DNA of 25,720 bases. It comes from a virus. Taxonomy: Duplodnaviria; Caudoviricetes. Positions 23,401-25,720 of the stretch are shown one piece after another. Location of the stretch: IMG/VR virus record IMGVR_UViG_3300032281_000062, positions 1 through 25,720 of that record. The stretch is one strand, 5' to 3'. How positions within the stretch are numbered: position 1 is the first letter of the stretch; every line of letters starts with the position of its first letter. Both the position numbers and the translations under genes were made by a program. Below the pieces are notes generated by a model. It did not search any database. It had not been told where the DNA came from and worked only from the letters and a program-made list of their open reading frames with translations.

Positions 23401-25720
23401 GAAAGAAGAATTTAGTAATGTTGTAAGACAACTGCTATTAACGAAAGCCGCTCGTGCTACCGGATGGCGTGCTGAACTACAGAGAACGCCCAAGACTGAA
23501 GAAGAAACAGCTATTGCCCAAGCATTTAAAGCTGCCGGGTTTGATTTTGCAGATAAGACCGCCCAAGAGCAATACCTTGACGCTCTTGAGAAATCAAATA
23601 TCACAGAAGAAAACATTGTAGAAAATTACGGCGAAGCAAACAAACAGATTGAAAAACTGCGTTTTAATTTAGATACCGCGCTAGATCAGCAGTCTGAAAT
23701 TACAGACAACTATCTTGAAGCTACAGAGCCAAGTATCATTGAAACCTACAAAAAGCAAAAAGATCGTGCTGATAAAGAAGTTGTAGCAGCAAGAGCGGCT
23801 TACGAAAAAGCCAAAGCAGAGTTTGTTACTGGTGAAAAAGAAGGCAAGGGCGAGATTCGCACCGGCATGCGTGAGCAAGAGCGCATTGATATTAAAGACT
23901 TTATCAGTAACTTAAAGCAAAAATACGGAGCGGAGCGAGCAAGATTCATTGAGCCTCGTGAAGTTACGGCAGAAAAAATGCCTGAAATTGAAGGCGAGCC
24001 TAAAGAACTTAAAGCCTTGCGGGAAGAAGCGTTTTCTATTTTGGAAGAAAACAAAGGGTTGCTGCGTGGTTTGGCAGAAATGCTTGAAATATTTACACCT
24101 GCTGAAGTACGCAAGTCTAAAGAAATTTTTGAAGATTTTTCAAAGTTTAAGACCGGAGCGCTTGACTTTATACGTGACATAAACAGCGGCGAAGAAAACA
24201 AAGACTCGTTCTTTAATAAAGTAATTGTTGCTACTGAGAAAGAAAAAGAAGCCGGTGCTAAAAATGTTGATGCGCTTGTTTTAGAACAGCAAGTTTACGA
24301 TGCAGAACAAGCAGACGCTAAAGCCATAAAAGAAGGCAGGCGGGTTTCAAAAGGCGACAAGTTAATTAACGATAGCCTGCGCCGTAAAGCAGCTAAATTA
24401 CGTGGGCAAGCGGATACGCTGCGTCAAGAAGCTGATGCACTGCAAAAAGATATTAGTAATGACGTTAATAAAGTACTTGAAAATGTAAAACAGACTATTA
24501 GCACCGCAGAAACAGCCGCTAAGCAACGTCTTGATACAGAGTTTAAAAACTTCTTTAACCAGATTAAAGACAATAACGCCGAGTACATTAAAAAATCCAA
24601 AGAGTACCAAGTAGCCCGCAATGCGTTTTATAAAGAACGCGAAAAACAAATTGGTGCTGCACGCGCTAAAGAAGAAGGCAGCGATCGTGCCCGTACCGTT
24701 AAAGCAATTAAAAAAGGCGAAGCAGAAGGTCGGCAAAAAGTTGGTCTTGGTTTACCCGGTAAAAAAATTGAATCTGAAATACAACAAGTTGCAGTCAGTA
24801 ATCTTGTCTTTGGCAATATGCTTAAAAAAGTAGGGGCGTTGCACAAATTATATGTTGCGGCGTACAAAGAACAAACTGGCGATAAATTTAAGTCTGAAAA
24901 CGAACGTACTCAAGCTAAAGAAAAAGCATTGCGTGAATACCGTGCATCTGCAAAAAATATGCGTGCGTATGGTGAAGAAGAAGGGCTTGGTGCCGACGTA
25001 AATAGTTTAACCGATTTGTATATTACCTTAGCATCGTTTGATCCAAAATCGCAGGAATATACTAAGTGGAAAGAAAAAATAGACACAAAGATAAAACTTC
25101 TTGACGAACAAGCAATGCGCATCAGTACAACAAAGCGCTTTAAAAAAGAAGTTGGTCCTGAAGGTTCTATTGAGCGCGAAGAAAAACTTAAAGCTATTCA
25201 AAGCGAACAGACTGAAGAAACAAAACGTAAAATTGCTCGCCGTGCAAATGTAGTTACTCAAAAACAACGTGACGCAATGCGTGAGAAAGTGCAGAAAGAG
25301 CTTGATGCACACCTGTCAAAGAAACGTCCGGAAGGCGATACAAAAACAGCAATACACGCACGTAAGAGATACGACAATACACGACTAGGGCTTGAGGCAC
25401 AACTTCGTGTTATTGAAGGCGCTGACTTTGATATTTTAAGAAACCGTGGCAACATTAAACGTGAAGCCGAAGACAATCGCTATCGTCCAACCGCAGGAAT
25501 ACAAAGAGAACTTGACGAGCATTTAGCTAAGAAACGCCCAGAAGGCGACACAAAAACAGCTATAAGTGCACGTAAAAAATATGACGATAGAACGGCAGAT
25601 CTTAAGAAAAAACTTGAATTTGTACGTAACTTACCAATTAAAGGCGTTCAAGCAACAGGTGAAGAAGGTGTTTTAACTGCCACAGCCGCAGCAAAAGAAC
25701 TTGATACCCGTATTAAAGAA
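20459..25720 (+). CDS. Giant helical internal virion/ejection protein, 3'-truncated by the window (at least 1754 aa; not in ORF track)
   Basis: ATG at 20459 (MPYLRLPSGSFVEVPEGMSQSEALAKARQQFPDAF...). My manual translation found no in-frame stop up to 25720. Gly/Ala hydrophobic segment at about 20800-20910, then E/K/A/R-rich coiled coil. Confidence 0.9.
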   Translation, partial: MPYLRLPSGSFVEVPEGMSQSEALAKARQQFPDAFAPPIKPDTGFTGAAKAGFEQLKADYERLKGRTGLKDVEEAEKEAQKYEKKREKVFKPTEESWSEAPFEKFKETLGGSLPYMAAPAAVGLGALALPAALPVGAIAAGGAGLASLGQFTGSNLSRQVAEGRQLKDTDLVAAGAAAVPQAALDVISFRMIPGIGKIFGAAGKEITPEMAKKIAEQNILKTTGAYALQTGKVAGIEGTTEAAQQLLERLQAGLSITDEAARDEYFESFIGGAVLGGTLAVPGTAYRRSQIKSRGAEMEREAQAKKDEATRLAEEQRKASPEYQQELIAQRNDLQGQITQLQEVIKDKRLDPEALKEGKEQIKELQKQLSTVVKDLKEVAPEEAAPKMQGMSIEQIQQERIAAQEAEAEKTRVADEAKTTEKQFVQRHQALSTNVDTLTTQLQDAMKNGDVATAEKLGATLDQANAELSQLTDTAQRAGINVFTTDTQLKNAQKALSQAQVNLAKASENDKIVLDPQKRAELFQAIKDAETNIATLKEQKKKEDASAELATRQVGTEIVSAEETEQPFDIEEYQRRIQEPSNQKMLRYATEVTAYKRAFVPENPELDTLVKDIDEKKLSNASAKLLGLPTQAGKAKWAFDTATKKNEKLSQAVAKQLADIEDAEKYSKLYNMGLPEDPRTPYLVQIAEGLGVSKQKAPKSKVDLNRNLRGQVDLLPAAQKLLGKNAPIAEYTPAHLAKIRNDLAEINKVLSYDENYNEERAKSLKDLTSKISRLKKRIAKKGISEADKKGSQEVLARYEAAKEQLKKTERLTPGSKERLSRRKARLEQEIEDATLPLRFKGKAPQSLKIESDIETLENQLKVTTAPSQIKKLTQRIQNAQARLAKVTKTSRMPEGGAKGEQVIPARKESEALFEIQEAIDQLRKGEFFGGAAGKEKSLESQSRTLVLKGIRSDVDTLINAAIADINIGRRSFDDPDMSAQEKEEFSNVVRQLLLTKAARATGWRAELQRTPKTEEETAIAQAFKAAGFDFADKTAQEQYLDALEKSNITEENIVENYGEANKQIEKLRFNLDTALDQQSEITDNYLEATEPSIIETYKKQKDRADKEVVAARAAYEKAKAEFVTGEKEGKGEIRTGMREQERIDIKDFISNLKQKYGAERARFIEPREVTAEKMPEIEGEPKELKALREEAFSILEENKGLLRGLAEMLEIFTPAEVRKSKEIFEDFSKFKTGALDFIRDINSGEENKDSFFNKVIVATEKEKEAGAKNVDALVLEQQVYDAEQADAKAIKEGRRVSKGDKLINDSLRRKAAKLRGQADTLRQEADALQKDISNDVNKVLENVKQTISTAETAAKQRLDTEFKNFFNQIKDNNAEYIKKSKEYQVARNAFYKEREKQIGAARAKEEGSDRARTVKAIKKGEAEGRQKVGLGLPGKKIESEIQQVAVSNLVFGNMLKKVGALHKLYVAAYKEQTGDKFKSENERTQAKEKALREYRASAKNMRAYGEEEGLGADVNSLTDLYITLASFDPKSQEYTKWKEKIDTKIKLLDEQAMRISTTKRFKKEVGPEGSIEREEKLKAIQSEQTEETKRKIARRANVVTQKQRDAMREKVQKELDAHLSKKRPEGDTKTAIHARKRYDNTRLGLEAQLRVIEGADFDILRNRGNIKREAEDNRYRPTAGIQRELDEHLAKKRPEGDTKTAISARKKYDDRTADLKKKLEFVRNLPIKGVQATGEEGVLTATAAAKELDTRIKE
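25292..25585 (+). repeat. Two copies of a 28-aa coding repeat, 210 nt apart
   Basis: QKELDAHLSKKRPEGDTKTAIHARKRYD (25292-25375) versus QRELDEHLAKKRPEGDTKTAISARKKYD (25502-25585), 23/28 identical. Confidence 0.9.

Noticed and set aside
20932-25476. Many short ORFs on both strands listed in the track
   Set aside because: All lie within the continuous + strand giant ORF starting at 20459, and their composition mirrors its codon bias.
1-25720. Stop-codon reassignment
   Set aside because: TAA, TAG and TGA all end genes cleanly at junctions with the next start, and coding density is near complete under the standard code.
1-25720. CRISPR array, tRNA, rRNA, integrase or transposase
   Set aside because: Intergenic gaps are under about 40 nt, there is no repeat-spacer pattern, and no such protein motifs were seen.

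Overview
The window is the virion-morphogenesis region of a tailed dsDNA bacteriophage, most likely podovirus-like. All credible genes are on the + strand, tightly packed and often coupled by overlapping start and stop codons. The order is: two head-tail adaptor/tail-ring-like genes with a Zn-ribbon protein and two small basic proteins (1-2.6 kb); about 8.3 kb of fibre, adhesin and accessory genes (2.6-10.9 kb); a four-gene lysis cassette ending in a GH24 lysozyme (10.9-12.6 kb); a P22 gp10/T7 gp12-like tail nozzle; and an internal-virion (ejection) module with a GNAT-like gene. The window ends inside a giant helical ORF (20459 to past the end, at least 1754 codons) that the ORF track missed. 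I found no rRNA, tRNA, CRISPR array, integrase, transposase or reverse transcriptase. The best leads are: an identical 13-nt motif in front of the adaptor and nozzle start codons; a P22 gp7-like leader beside a GNAT; a repeated ADGG motif shared by the ejection proteins; a 3,529-codon cysteine-free block; a missed 37-aa mini-gene; and a possible nested membrane-protein ORF. Functional calls come from motif recognition and synteny only, with no database searches. I cannot claim a demonstrated new system.
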